Shown here: positions 1 through 8,745 of the stretch, piece after piece
Numbering within the stretch: the first letter of the stretch is position 1
How the letters are laid out: each line of letters opens with the position of its first letter
From: an uncultured Chloroflexia bacterium
GTDB lineage: Bacteria; Chloroflexota; Dehalococcoidia; UBA2979
NCBI GenBank assembly: GCA_963728205.1
Contig: CAVSIV010000001.1
Location: 768,001 to 832,000, forward strand
Length of the DNA stretch: 64,000 nucleotides
Direction of reading: 5' to 3'
Position numbers and translations under genes: made by a program
Notes under the pieces: generated by a model
Seen by the model: the letters and a program-made list of their open reading frames with translations, nothing else
Told to the model about the DNA's origin: nothing
Database searches by the model: none

Positions 1-211
1 CCGATTCGCACCCTCGCGCCTCCACTGACGTGAGCGCGGGCATCGGGCCCCGTGCTCGACCCCGCTCGTTCCTTCCCGGGCGCATCGCGCCGACGATCGC
101 CGGGAGTGCGGCGGACCGGCGGTTCTCACGCGGGTCTTCCCCCATCGGCGCGGGCCCGCGCGGGGTGAGCGCCTTGCGCGCGCCGACGATGATCCGGAGG
201 AGGAGGCCGCG

Positions 212-574
212 ATGTTCGCTCTTCCGCTGCGCCTGCGCGTGAGCCTGCGGCAGGTCGCGCCCGTGAGCGCCGTGCTGTTCGTGCTCGGGTTCTCCGGGCT
301 GGCCGCGCGCGGCACCGTCGTTGCCGGGACCTTCTCCGCAGGGGTGACGGCGGTGATCGTTGCCGGCGCCGTGCTGTTCGCCGCCGCGCTGCTGGCCGTG
401 ACGGCAGCGTTCGCCGCAGTGGAGACGCTGTCCGGCCGCGCGTGGGCGCTCGGCTTCCGCCGCCTCGCGCCGGGCGAGGCCGGCTGGCGCGGCATCGCCC
501 ACCGCGCGTTGCGTTACGCGACGTTCCTCTGGCTCTGCAACGGCGCCGCGTTCATCGTCGCGGGCTTCCGCTAG
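212..574 (+). CDS. hypothetical membrane protein
   Basis: 120 aa with about 3 hydrophobic segments; strong SD GGAGGAGGAGG before ATG. Confidence 0.6.
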   Translation: MFALPLRLRVSLRQVAPVSAVLFVLGFSGLAARGTVVAGTFSAGVTAVIVAGAVLFAAALLAVTAAFAAVETLSGRAWALGFRRLAPGEAGWRGIAHRALRYATFLWLCNGAAFIVAGFR

Positions 575-644
575 CCTCGGCCGCCGGCGGCGTTGCGGCC
601 CGGCGGCCGAACGCCGCGGAGTGCGACGGCGTCGCGGCGCCCCC

Positions 645-1859
645 CTACTGGTAGATCACCAGGTCCGGCGGCGGTTGCAGCGCCTCGATCTGCGACGGCG
701 GCATCAGCGGCGTGTCCCAGTCGACGAAGAGCTTGATGCCCGCCCGCTCCGCGTAGCTCGCGAGCGAGAACGTCGCGTACTTCGTCAGCTTCGCGTACTC
801 CCCGCCGAACCCGTCCATGTCGATCACCACGTCCACGCCCGCGTAGTCCGCGAAGGCCGTCGGTGTCGGTTGGATCATGCTCGTCAGGAACTGGTGCACG
901 ACGAGCAGCTTCGGCGGCAGGTCGTGTGCCGTCACGAGGCCGTCGAGGTACGCCTGCACCGCGTTCACGGTCGCCGGGTCGATGCTCCCGATCACCTGCC
1001 CGGGCGCCTCACCGCGCGCCTTCGTCATGTACTCCGGGTCGAGCGCGAGGTGCACGAACGGCAGCGCGAGGAACGGCTCGAGACGCTGCACCTCCGTCAT
1101 CGGATCGGCCCAGCCGAGTTGCAGGTCGAGGATGACCAGCATGCCGTGCGCTTTCGCGACGTCGACGTACTGCTGGATGGTGGCGGTCGGCAGGCGGCTG
1201 GCGTAGAGGCCGTCGGCGCCGGGGTCGGCCTGGCCCACGACCGCGATCGGCTCGAACGCGGCGACGACGCCGCGGGCGCCGTTCAGCGCGTCGTACTGCG
1301 CGGCGCGGCGCTGCGCCTCCGCGGCGGCGTCCTCGGCGCTGTACGCGCCGAGCAGGCCCTGCGCCGGGTGACCGGGGTAGCCGTAGAGCGCGACCACCTG
1401 GTTGTCGGCGAGCACCGACTGTGCGGGCGGGGGCGGCGGCGGCGCGCCGCACGTCACGTAGAGCGCCGAGCGCGGCAGCGGCCCTGGGACCGCCGCCGTC
1501 CACCCGGCGTTCGCGAATGCCGGCGCGCCGACCACGTAGGTGACCGCGCCGCCGGGCGCGCCGAAGTACCACACGGAGATCGGGGGACAGCCGCGCGTGG
1601 TGGCCGCGGCGACGAGGTCCCCGACGTCGCCGCCGCCCCAGATCACGACCCGCCCGTCGCCGTTGACGGCGGTCCAGCCGTCAATCGTGCCGGTGGCCGT
1701 CGCCCCGGCGGCGCGGGCGGGCGCGGGCGCGCCGAGCGCCGGAATGAGCGTCAGCGTCAGCGCGAGCAGCACCGCCACCGCCGCCCGGCGATGTCGGGGA
1801 AACCCGGCGTCGCCGCGCGCGGCGAAAGGGCGGCGCGCACCGCCCGAGAGCACAGCCAT
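645..1859 (-). CDS. secreted protein: signal peptide, small Cys-containing domain, Pro linker, uncharacterised hydrolase-like C-terminal domain
   Basis: C-terminal part of ORF 645..3038; signal RHRRAAVAVLLALTLTLIPALGAPAPARA; blocks VVALYGYPG, LVILDLQLG, LALDPEY, KLLVVHQF, DMDGFG, GIKLF, PDLVIYQ; start uncertain. Confidence 0.7.
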   Translation of the reverse strand: MAVLSGGARRPFAARGDAGFPRHRRAAVAVLLALTLTLIPALGAPAPARAAGATATGTIDGWTAVNGDGRVVIWGGGDVGDLVAAATTRGCPPISVWYFGAPGGAVTYVVGAPAFANAGWTAAVPGPLPRSALYVTCGAPPPPPPAQSVLADNQVVALYGYPGHPAQGLLGAYSAEDAAAEAQRRAAQYDALNGARGVVAAFEPIAVVGQADPGADGLYASRLPTATIQQYVDVAKAHGMLVILDLQLGWADPMTEVQRLEPFLALPFVHLALDPEYMTKARGEAPGQVIGSIDPATVNAVQAYLDGLVTAHDLPPKLLVVHQFLTSMIQPTPTAFADYAGVDVVIDMDGFGGEYAKLTKYATFSLASYAERAGIKLFVDWDTPLMPPSQIEALQPPPDLVIYQ

Positions 1860-1984
1860 CACGGGGTTCCGATCTTCCGCGCCGCCGCGCGAGGAGCGTG
1901 TCGCGCCGACCCAGCGCGAGCGCCGTCCAGCGTGCCGGGAGCCGCCGCTAGGCTCCACCGCGGTGCGGGAGCGGTCGATCGAGC

Positions 1985-3082
1985 TTAATCGAGCAATGCA
2001 AAGCCCGGCGCACCGTCGCGGCAGAGCTCGTACGTGATTGGGTCGTGCGTCTCGAAGAGGCCGTAGGTCGTCTCTCCGTCGCACGTCACCTCGCAGTGGT
2101 GGTTCGCGCCGCCGGCGAGCCGCCGCTGCACGTCGGGCTGCGTCACGTCGTAGGTCTCGCCGGTCACGACGTCGTCGCCGACGTACTGGCCGTGCCAGAC
2201 GTCGCCGTCGGGCGTCCCGCCCTCGCGCCCGCCGTACATGCCGCAGCGCAGGAACGCGATCTGCGAGCCGAGCCGGCGGTAGTGCAGCTCCTTCACCGCG
2301 CCGCCCTCGAGCGTGTTGCGCACGACGCCGCCGACGAAGAGGCGCGTCTCCGGGTCGAACCGCAGCCGCCTGTCCTGGTGGATGATGCGGCCGGTGCCGG
2401 GCCGCGCGTCGCCCAGCGGATAGAGCACGCGGTGCAGCCACACCGACCAGTCGCCGAACTCCACCCACTGGCCGGCGGTCGCGGTGCTCGTGCTCGCCGC
2501 GCGCAGCGCGTGGCCGCGCCCGCCGACGCCGTCCCGCACGCCCCAGTGGTGGTCGCGCAATCCGTTGTAGGCGTCGCGCGTCAGCTCGAAACGCTCGCCG
2601 CGCACGACGACGGTGCCCTCCATCGTCCCGAACGACTCGTAGCCGCCGAGGAAGGCCGGCTGCCGCACGGCACGTTTCGTGTCGAACCAGCGGATGTCGT
2701 ACTCGACGCGCTGGTCGTTCGCGCCGAGCGTGAGCCGCCACTCGCGGAAGGGCGCGACGAGCTCGAAGTTGAGCGGGCCGGCGCGCATGTCGAGGCGGTT
2801 GGGGGTGAGCCGGCGGTGCGCGCGCACGGTCGTGTGCCGGCCGCGCAGGTTGACAATCGCGAAGGCCTCGGCGGTGCCCAGGTTCGGGTAGAGAGCGAAG
2901 CCGGCGACGACGAGCAGATCGCCGGTGCGGTCCTGCGCGGTGAACCAGTAGCGCTCGTAGGCACGCGGGTCGCTCGTCGCCTCCATCAGCATGTCCTGCG
3001 GCGCCCACTCGTGGACGGGCATCTCGGTGAGCGCCCACATCGGCGCGTGCTCGGAGCTGACCTCGACGTCGAGCTGGTGCAT
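1985..3082 (-). CDS. conserved hypothetical protein, probably beta-rich (AttH/tocopherol-cyclase-like)
   Basis: 365 aa; YERYWF, GFALYPN, RDHHWGVR motifs; SD GGAGG before ATG. Confidence 0.65.
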   Translation of the reverse strand: MHQLDVEVSSEHAPMWALTEMPVHEWAPQDMLMEATSDPRAYERYWFTAQDRTGDLLVVAGFALYPNLGTAEAFAIVNLRGRHTTVRAHRRLTPNRLDMRAGPLNFELVAPFREWRLTLGANDQRVEYDIRWFDTKRAVRQPAFLGGYESFGTMEGTVVVRGERFELTRDAYNGLRDHHWGVRDGVGGRGHALRAASTSTATAGQWVEFGDWSVWLHRVLYPLGDARPGTGRIIHQDRRLRFDPETRLFVGGVVRNTLEGGAVKELHYRRLGSQIAFLRCGMYGGREGGTPDGDVWHGQYVGDDVVTGETYDVTQPDVQRRLAGGANHHCEVTCDGETTYGLFETHDPITYELCRDGAPGFALLD

Positions 3083-3112
3083 GCGAGCCTCCGGTCCGGC
3101 GGTGCGGGCGCG

Positions 3113-3150
3113 AGTCTAGGCACGTGATGGACGCGCGACAACGCTAGACT
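3113..3150. promoter_or_regulatory. divergent -10-like hexamers (TAGACT on both strands)
   Basis: AGTCTA at 3113-3118 (TAGACT on minus) and TAGACT at 3145-3150, between divergent genes. Confidence 0.4.
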
Positions 3151-3160
3151 GCGCCGAGCG

Positions 3161-3355
3161 GTTCGAGCGGCGGCGCGGAGGTGGTTCGAGCGGCGGTGCG
3201 GAGGTGGTTCGAGCGGCGGCGCGGAGGTGGTTCGAGCGGCGGCGCGGAGGTGGTTCGAGCGGCGGTGCGGAGGTCGTTCGAGCGGCGGCGCGGAGGTGGT
3301 TCGAGCGGCGGTGCGGAGGTCGTTCGAGCGGCGGCGCGGAGGTGGTTCGAGCGGC
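3161..3355. repeat. 23-bp tandem repeat, 8 full copies plus a partial (GTTCGAGCGGCGGYGCGGAGGTS)
   Basis: Units start at 3161, 3184, 3207, 3230, 3253, 3276, 3299, 3322, 3345; no spacers. Confidence 0.95.
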
Positions 3356-3447
3356 AGCCGGGAGGGTGCCGATCAGGCGGTCGCGCGGGGCGATCCCGTC
3401 GCTCCCGCTCCGGGCTCGAAGCGAGCGGCGGCGGAACGGACGAGCAC

Positions 3448-4482
3448 GTGACAGTCGAGCCCGAAGCCGTCGTCCGCTACCTGCGCCATTCGATGCCGGC
3501 CGCCGAGGACGTCGCCGTCGACGGGCTGCGGCGGATCGTCGGCGGGGCATCGCGCCAGACCTGGTCCTTCGACGCCACCTGGCGCGAGGGCGGCGTGGCG
3601 CGGCGACGCGGGCTGATCGTGCGGCTCGACCCCGGCGCGTCGCTGCTCGAGACCGACCGCGCGCTCGAGTTCGCCGTCTATCGTGGTCTTGCCGGCGCCG
3701 ATGTCCCGGTGCCGGACGCGCTCTGGCTCGAGCCGTCGGGCGATTGGCTGGGAGCCCCGTTCTTCGTGCTTGAACGCATCGACGGCTGCGAGACCAGCCC
3801 CCAGCGCATGTTCGCGCCGCCGTATGCGGGCGGTCTGCCGCGCCTCGGCCGGCGCCTGTTCGAGATCGGCGGGCGCATCTCCGCCGTCGACTGGGACGCC
3901 GCCGGGTGGCGGTTCCTCGAGGCGCCCGCGCCGGGCGACTGCTGGCGCCGCGAGCTCGCCCACTGGGCCGGCGTGATCGAGCGGTACCGCGCCGACACGC
4001 AGCCGATCGCGCGTGCGGCCGCGGACTGGCTGCGTCGACACCCGCCGCCGCCCGCGCAGCGCATCGCGGTCGTGCACGGCGATTACCGCACCGGTAACGT
4101 GCTCTTCGACGAGGCCGGCGAGATCCATGGCGTCCTCGACTGGGAGATGTGCCACCTCGGCGACCCGCTCGAGGACCTCGCGTGGACGTGCATGCCGAAC
4201 TGGCGCTGGGGGCGACTCGACCGTGCCGGCGGGGCGATCGACTTCGACACGGCCTTCCGCACGTGGGAGCAGGCGAGCGGGCTGCGCCGCGACCCGGAGG
4301 CCTTCCGCTGGTGGTCGATCTTCGCGCACGTGAAGGCCCAGGGGATCTGGGTGACGGGCGCGCGCAACGTCGCAGACGGGCGGACGAACGAGGTGCAGCT
4401 CGCGGCGATCGCGACGCGGCTGCTGCCCGCCGAGGATCGCGGGCTCGTGAGCCTGCTCGGCTGGGACGGAGACGCCGCATGA
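3448..4482 (+). CDS. APH-family phosphotransferase (ACAD10/11 kinase domain, LvaA-like)
   Basis: GGASRQTW, VPVP, PFFVLERIDG, VHGDYRTGN, VLDWE, GDPLEDLAW; GTG start at 3448. Confidence 0.88.
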   Translation: MTVEPEAVVRYLRHSMPAAEDVAVDGLRRIVGGASRQTWSFDATWREGGVARRRGLIVRLDPGASLLETDRALEFAVYRGLAGADVPVPDALWLEPSGDWLGAPFFVLERIDGCETSPQRMFAPPYAGGLPRLGRRLFEIGGRISAVDWDAAGWRFLEAPAPGDCWRRELAHWAGVIERYRADTQPIARAAADWLRRHPPPPAQRIAVVHGDYRTGNVLFDEAGEIHGVLDWEMCHLGDPLEDLAWTCMPNWRWGRLDRAGGAIDFDTAFRTWEQASGLRRDPEAFRWWSIFAHVKAQGIWVTGARNVADGRTNEVQLAAIATRLLPAEDRGLVSLLGWDGDAA

Positions 4483-4943
4483 CGCTCATCGACCACCCCA
4501 CCCCGTCCGAGATGCTCGAGCTCACGGCGCGCGCGCTGACCGAGACCGTCGGCCCGGAGCTGGCCACGGACTACGCGCGCTCGCAGCTCGGCGCGGCGGT
4601 GGGGCTGCTGCGTTACCTGGCCGACCACGTCGACGGCGCGGCGCAGGAGCTGCTCGACGCGACCGCGGAGCTCGCCGGCGCGCTCGAGGTCGCGGCGCCG
4701 GCGCTGACGCGCGCCGGCCACGGCTGGCTCGCCGAGCGGATCGCGGCGCTCGCGGCCGAGAGCGCGCCGGACGTGCGGCTCTCGACGCTGCTGCGCCGCT
4801 CCGACGCCCTGCAGTCCGCGCTGCTCGACGTGCTGCTCGTGGTCGAGCCGGCCGTCGAGGCCGGCGACGCGAGGCTCGCCGGCGCGCGGGACGCCGCGCG
4901 AGCGGCGCTCGTCGCCGCGAACGCGCGCCGACTGCGCCCCTGA
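4479..4943 (+). CDS. small helical partner of the APH kinase (DUF6285/LvaB-like)
   Basis: ATGA overlap with the kinase stop; MTLIDHPTPSEMLE...ETVGPEL. Confidence 0.65.
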   Translation: MTLIDHPTPSEMLELTARALTETVGPELATDYARSQLGAAVGLLRYLADHVDGAAQELLDATAELAGALEVAAPALTRAGHGWLAERIAALAAESAPDVRLSTLLRRSDALQSALLDVLLVVEPAVEAGDARLAGARDAARAALVAANARRLRP

Positions 4944-4958
4944 GCGCCGCGGGGCGCG

Positions 4959-5970
4959 CTACTGCGTGATCCGGATCGCGTGCGTGCCGTCGGTCGCCCG
5001 GTACGGACCCCACTCGCCGCCGCGCACCACGGTCTCGATGTAGCGCCCCGTCACCGCCGCGCCGCTCCCGCAGCCGTCGATGAAGAACAGCCCGAACCCC
5101 TGCACGACCGCCTCGCCTCCGCCGGGGAACGTGACGAGCGGCAGGATCCCGAGACGCGGGCTCGACCAGTCGAGAATGCGGGCGCCGGTGGCGTCCTCCT
5201 CGACGACGTCGTCGAAGGTCTGCGCGTTGCCGTCGAGCCGGCCCCCCAATCCCGTGCAGCCGAGCCCCTGCTGCGTCGGTCCGGCCATGTTGCCGGAGGC
5301 GATGTTGATGTGCTCGCCGACGCGCACCGTCGTGAGCGACCCCCCGTCGACGCGATCGCGGTATTCGTTCGCGCTGTCGCTCCCCGTGTTGTCGATGTCG
5401 AGCGCGTGGAAGTTGCCGTTCTGGGGGCTGTTGCAGGCGCCCTCGTCGGCGCTGCCCGATGTCAGCTTGAGGCAGTACGTGTCGCCGAAGACCAGCCCGC
5501 CCGCCGGCTGCTCCACGCCGAACGGCAGCACCCCGGCCATGCCCGACAGGCTGCCGAGCTGCACCGCGGCGGTGGCGTGCACCGTTCCGCTCGACGATCC
5601 CGACCACGCGAGCGAAGGCGAAGTCGACGGCGCGCTGCGCGTTGACCACCACGGTGTCGCTCGCGACCGCGGTCGAGAGGATGGACACGCCGACGTCGCC
5701 CGCCGCGACGTCGTTCTCGCCGGCGACGGTGATGGCGGCGGACTGCGCGGCGACGAGGTGGGCGGAGTCGGTCGCCGGCAGGTAACGAGCGGCGGCCAGG
5801 GCGGCGGCGTCGACGGCGTTTTGCAGCTGACGGCGCGCGACGAAGTAGCGACCGGTGTCGAGCGTCAGCGACGTCATGCCGATGAGCGCCGTGAGCGCGA
5901 CGGCGGTGAGCACGAGCACACTCCCGCGCTCGTCGCCGGCTCGACGCCACGGCCGCAGCATGCTTCGCAT
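4959..5970 (-). pseudogene. TadG-like/Tad-domain pilus protein with an apparent +1 frameshift near 5590 (pseudogene or assembly error)
   Basis: DERGSVLVLTAVAL...DTGRYFVARRQLQNAVDAAALAAA in one frame; continuation VHATAAVQLGSLSGMAGVLPF in another (ORF 4959..5582); SD GGAGG before ATG 5970. Confidence 0.75.
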
Positions 5971-5993
5971 CAGCGCACCTCCACGGAGTGCGG

Positions 5994-6740
5994 TCACGGG
6001 ATTGCGTTCGCCGTCGGGAGCGGCTCGGGGGCCGTCGTGTCGGAGGTTCCGGGCGGTGCGAGCTGCACCCAGCTCACGACGTGTCCCGCCTGCACGAGCA
6101 CCCACCCGTCGCAGCGACCGAGGCCGCGCGCGAGGATCTCGATGGACGCAGCGTCGACGCCCGTCGCGATCGGCGGGGCGGACGCGTCGCAGAGGAGGCG
6201 GAGGTCGAGGCTCGCGGGCAGGACCGGCGGCGCGGGCTCGGCGATCGCTGCCGCCGCGGGCGCGGTGGGCGGCTCGGTCGCCGCCGCACGCGTCCGGGCC
6301 GGGTCGGCGGGGGCAACGGCGACGCCCCGCGCGTCTCGCGACGGCGGCAGCGCCGTACGCCAGGCCGCGGCGACGGCGAGCAGCCCGAGCGCGAGCAGCG
6401 AGGCGAGCACGGCGACGCGCAGCGGCGAGCGGCGCCGCGGTCCGGGGCGGCGGCGCCGGAGCGAGCGCGCGGCCGTCACGAGCGCGACCGCCGCGCTCGC
6501 CGCCCGGCGCAGCGCGCGGCGCCACCGAGCGGGCGACCACGGTGGCGCGCGGCGCGGCGGGGGCGGCGCGACGACGTAGGTGAGCGCGGCGGCGGCGGGC
6601 GTCGCGCCGAGCCAGCGGCGGCGGAGCGACTCCGCCGCCAGCTCCTCCACGGGGGCCGGCACGGGCATGCCCGGCGGCAGGTCGGGCGTGACCGCTGGTT
6701 CAGGGATGCCCGCGCGGGGCGGGCCGGCTGTTGCCTGCAC
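5994..6740 (-). CDS. hypothetical single-pass membrane protein with Pro/Ala linker and short C-terminal (possibly SH3-like) domain
   Basis: TM VAVLASLLALGLLAVAAAW; C-terminal IEILARGLGRCDGWVLVQAGHVVSWV; directly downstream of a riboswitch. Confidence 0.5.
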   Translation of the reverse strand: MQATAGPPRAGIPEPAVTPDLPPGMPVPAPVEELAAESLRRRWLGATPAAAALTYVVAPPPPRRAPPWSPARWRRALRRAASAAVALVTAARSLRRRRPGPRRRSPLRVAVLASLLALGLLAVAAAWRTALPPSRDARGVAVAPADPARTRAAATEPPTAPAAAAIAEPAPPVLPASLDLRLLCDASAPPIATGVDAASIEILARGLGRCDGWVLVQAGHVVSWVQLAPPGTSDTTAPEPLPTANAIP

Positions 6741-6747
6741 GTCGTGC

Positions 6748-6843
6748 TCACTTCGGCGGATCGGCGGCCGTGCCCGCGGGTGCGGGGGTAGGCCCGTATC
6801 TTTGCGTCCCCGCCTTTCGACGGGTTTGCCGTTGTCGGTGTGC
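6748..6843 (-). ncRNA. cyclic di-GMP-I (GEMM-I) riboswitch
   Basis: Minus strand CACACCGACAACGGCAAACCCGTCGAAAGGCGGGGACGCAAAGATACGGGCCTAC...CACGGCCGCCGATCCGCCGAAGTG contains GGCAAACC, GAAA tetraloop, GGGACGCAAAG, GGCCUA and CCGAA. Confidence 0.92.
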
Positions 6844-6878
6844 GCGCAGGGCGCGCGTGGGGCGGACCCCGCATCTCA

Positions 6879-6907
6879 ATCATCGGCAGGCGGCGGCGCT
6901 TCTGAAC
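6879..6907 (-). promoter_or_regulatory. sigma28 (FliA/WhiG)-like promoter upstream of riboswitch 1
   Basis: Minus strand GTTCAG-N14-GCCGATGAT; -10 resembles GCCGATAA. Confidence 0.5.
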
Positions 6908-6928
6908 CCCCGCCGGCCTGCACGGCAC

Positions 6929-7483
6929 TCACCGGATCACGAGCAGGAGCGCGACGGCGATCGCCGGGCCGTAGGCGAACGCGGCGCGCGGACCGCGCAC
7001 CGCGGCGACCACGATCGCGGTGAGGCCGCCGAGCACCACGGTCGCGAGCAGCAGCGCGCCCGCGCCCCCGACGCCGGCGAGCGCACCGGCGGCCAGCGCG
7101 AGCTTCGCGTCGCCCATCCCCATCGCCGCCGGCCGCGCGACCGCGAGCGCGAGGAAGGGCGCGGCACAGAGCGTCGCTCCCGCCAGCGCCGCCGGCCCGC
7201 TCGGCGCGGCGGCGAGCGCGCACGCCAGCGCGGAGAGCACGAGGATGTTGGGGATGCGCCGCGCATGCGCATCGACGAGCGCGGCGGCGACCACCAGGCC
7301 GACGCCCACCGTCCGGCCGGCACCCGGTTCGAGGGCCGCCGCGAACGCGACGGCGATGACGAGCGCGAGCCGCGGCGCGAGGCGGCGCGCCGCCGGCCAC
7401 CACGTCCCGGGTTCGGTGCGCGGCGCCCACGGTGGCGCGCCCGCGCCCGCGCGTGCCGGCGCCGTGCCGGTCGCGGCCCTCAT
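6929..7483 (-). CDS. prepilin peptidase (A24 family, CpaA/TadV-like)
   Basis: VDAHARRIPN, MGMGDAKL, AFAYGPAIA; ATGA overlap with the upstream gene. Confidence 0.85.
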   Translation of the reverse strand: MRAATGTAPARAGAGAPPWAPRTEPGTWWPAARRLAPRLALVIAVAFAAALEPGAGRTVGVGLVVAAALVDAHARRIPNILVLSALACALAAAPSGPAALAGATLCAAPFLALAVARPAAMGMGDAKLALAAGALAGVGGAGALLLATVVLGGLTAIVVAAVRGPRAAFAYGPAIAVALLLVIR

Positions 7484-7857
7484 CCCGCGAGCGCCACGCG
7501 CAGGCGCAGCGCGAGCCGCTCGCCCGGCCGCAGGCCGCGCCGCGCGGCGGCGCCGGCCGGCAGCTCGACCGCCACGTACGCGTGCCGGGCGGCCGCGACG
7601 CGCCACGGTGCCAGCTCCGGGACGACCTTCAGCACGCGGTACTCGCGGTCGAGGAAGACGACGTCGATCGGGAACGCCATGAAGCACGTGTGCACCGACC
7701 CCGTCGGTTCGATCCACATCGCGGCGTCCTCGGCGAGATGGCTCCGACCGAGCAGGCCGCGCATCCGGCGTGGCGTCGAGCGCGCGAGCTCGACGTCTCC
7801 GGCCACCGTCCGGCCGTCGTCCGCGGTCGCGGCCAGTTGACCCCATCGCATTGCCAT
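7480..7857 (-). CDS. DUF192 family protein
   Basis: RMRGLLGR, SVHTCFMAFPIDVVFLD, AVELPAG. Confidence 0.88.
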   Translation of the reverse strand: MAMRWGQLAATADDGRTVAGDVELARSTPRRMRGLLGRSHLAEDAAMWIEPTGSVHTCFMAFPIDVVFLDREYRVLKVVPELAPWRVAAARHAYVAVELPAGAAARRGLRPGERLALRLRVALAG

Positions 7858-8744
7858 CAGTGACCCCCGAGCACCTGCAGCGCGTTGAGCGCCGCCGGTC
7901 CGATCACGACGAGGAAGATCGTCGGGAACACGAAGCCGACGAGGGGAAACAGCATCTTCAGCGGCGCCTTCATCGCGGCCTCCTCGGCGCGCTGCCGGCG
8001 GCGCTGGCGCATCTGATCCGCCTGCGCGCGCAGCACGGGCCCCAGGCGCATGCCGGAGCGATCCGCCTGGTTCAGCGCGTTGACCACGGAGCGGAGCGGT
8101 GCGACCCCGGCGCGGTCGGCGAGCGCGACGAGGGCGTCGCGCCGGCGCCGCCCGAGCCCGATCTCCGACAGCGTCCGTCGCAGCTCCTCGTGCAGCGGGC
8201 CGTCGCCGCGCTGCGCGACGCGCGCCAGCGCCGCCTCGAGGGCGAGCCCCGCCTCGATCGACACCGTGAGCAGGTCGAGCACGTCGGGGAGCGCCGCCTC
8301 CGTCGCCTGCCCGCGGCGGCCGGCGCGGCCGTGCATCACGATCCACGGTGCTGCCGCGCCGATCGCGCCGACGAACGCCGCCATCGCGAGCGACCGGGCA
8401 TCGCTGCCGTGCACGCGGGCGATCGCCAGCACGCCGAGCGCGCCGGCGAGGCCGCTGCCGGTCGAGAGCGCGAGCAGGCCGTGCGGCGTGAGGCGCTCCG
8501 CCATGCCCGCCTGCGCCAGCACGCGGGTCGCGGGGTCGATCAGCATGCCGGGCGCGCGCATGCGGCTCAGCCAGGTGCGCGGTCGGAGGTGGGGCCGCCG
8601 GGGTTCGACGGCCGCGCGCGGGCCGGGCTGCAGCACCGCGCGCCACGCGGGGCGCGGGCGACGCGCGCCGGCCAGCTCCCGCGTGACGAGGTACGCGGCG
8701 ATCGCGAAGCAAAGCGGCGGCGCGAAGGCGAGCAGGGAGGTCAC
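7857..8744 (-). CDS. tadC: Tad platform protein TadC (T2SS F family)
   Basis: LPDVLDLLTVSIEAGL, EIGLGRRRRDAL, RAEEAAMKAPLKMLFPLV. Confidence 0.9.
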   Translation of the reverse strand: MTSLLAFAPPLCFAIAAYLVTRELAGARRPRPAWRAVLQPGPRAAVEPRRPHLRPRTWLSRMRAPGMLIDPATRVLAQAGMAERLTPHGLLALSTGSGLAGALGVLAIARVHGSDARSLAMAAFVGAIGAAAPWIVMHGRAGRRGQATEAALPDVLDLLTVSIEAGLALEAALARVAQRGDGPLHEELRRTLSEIGLGRRRRDALVALADRAGVAPLRSVVNALNQADRSGMRLGPVLRAQADQMRQRRRQRAEEAAMKAPLKMLFPLVGFVFPTIFLVVIGPAALNALQVLGGH

Positions 8745-8745
8745 G

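Noticed and set aside
85-195. Repeated CGCGCCGACGAT as sigma28 promoters
   Set aside because: No convincing -35 at the right spacing; could be chance in GC-rich DNA
3161-3355. CRISPR array or tRNA fragments (GGTTCGA resembles a T-loop)
   Set aside because: Units are contiguous with no unique spacers, no cas genes are present, and no cloverleaf can be formed
3181-3447. N-terminal extension of the kinase ORF through the repeat
   Set aside because: It is only the translated 23-bp repeat; family similarity begins near GTG 3448
6748-6843. cGAMP-sensing GEMM-Ib variant
   Set aside because: The position equivalent to Vc2 G20 is G in both aptamers, not A
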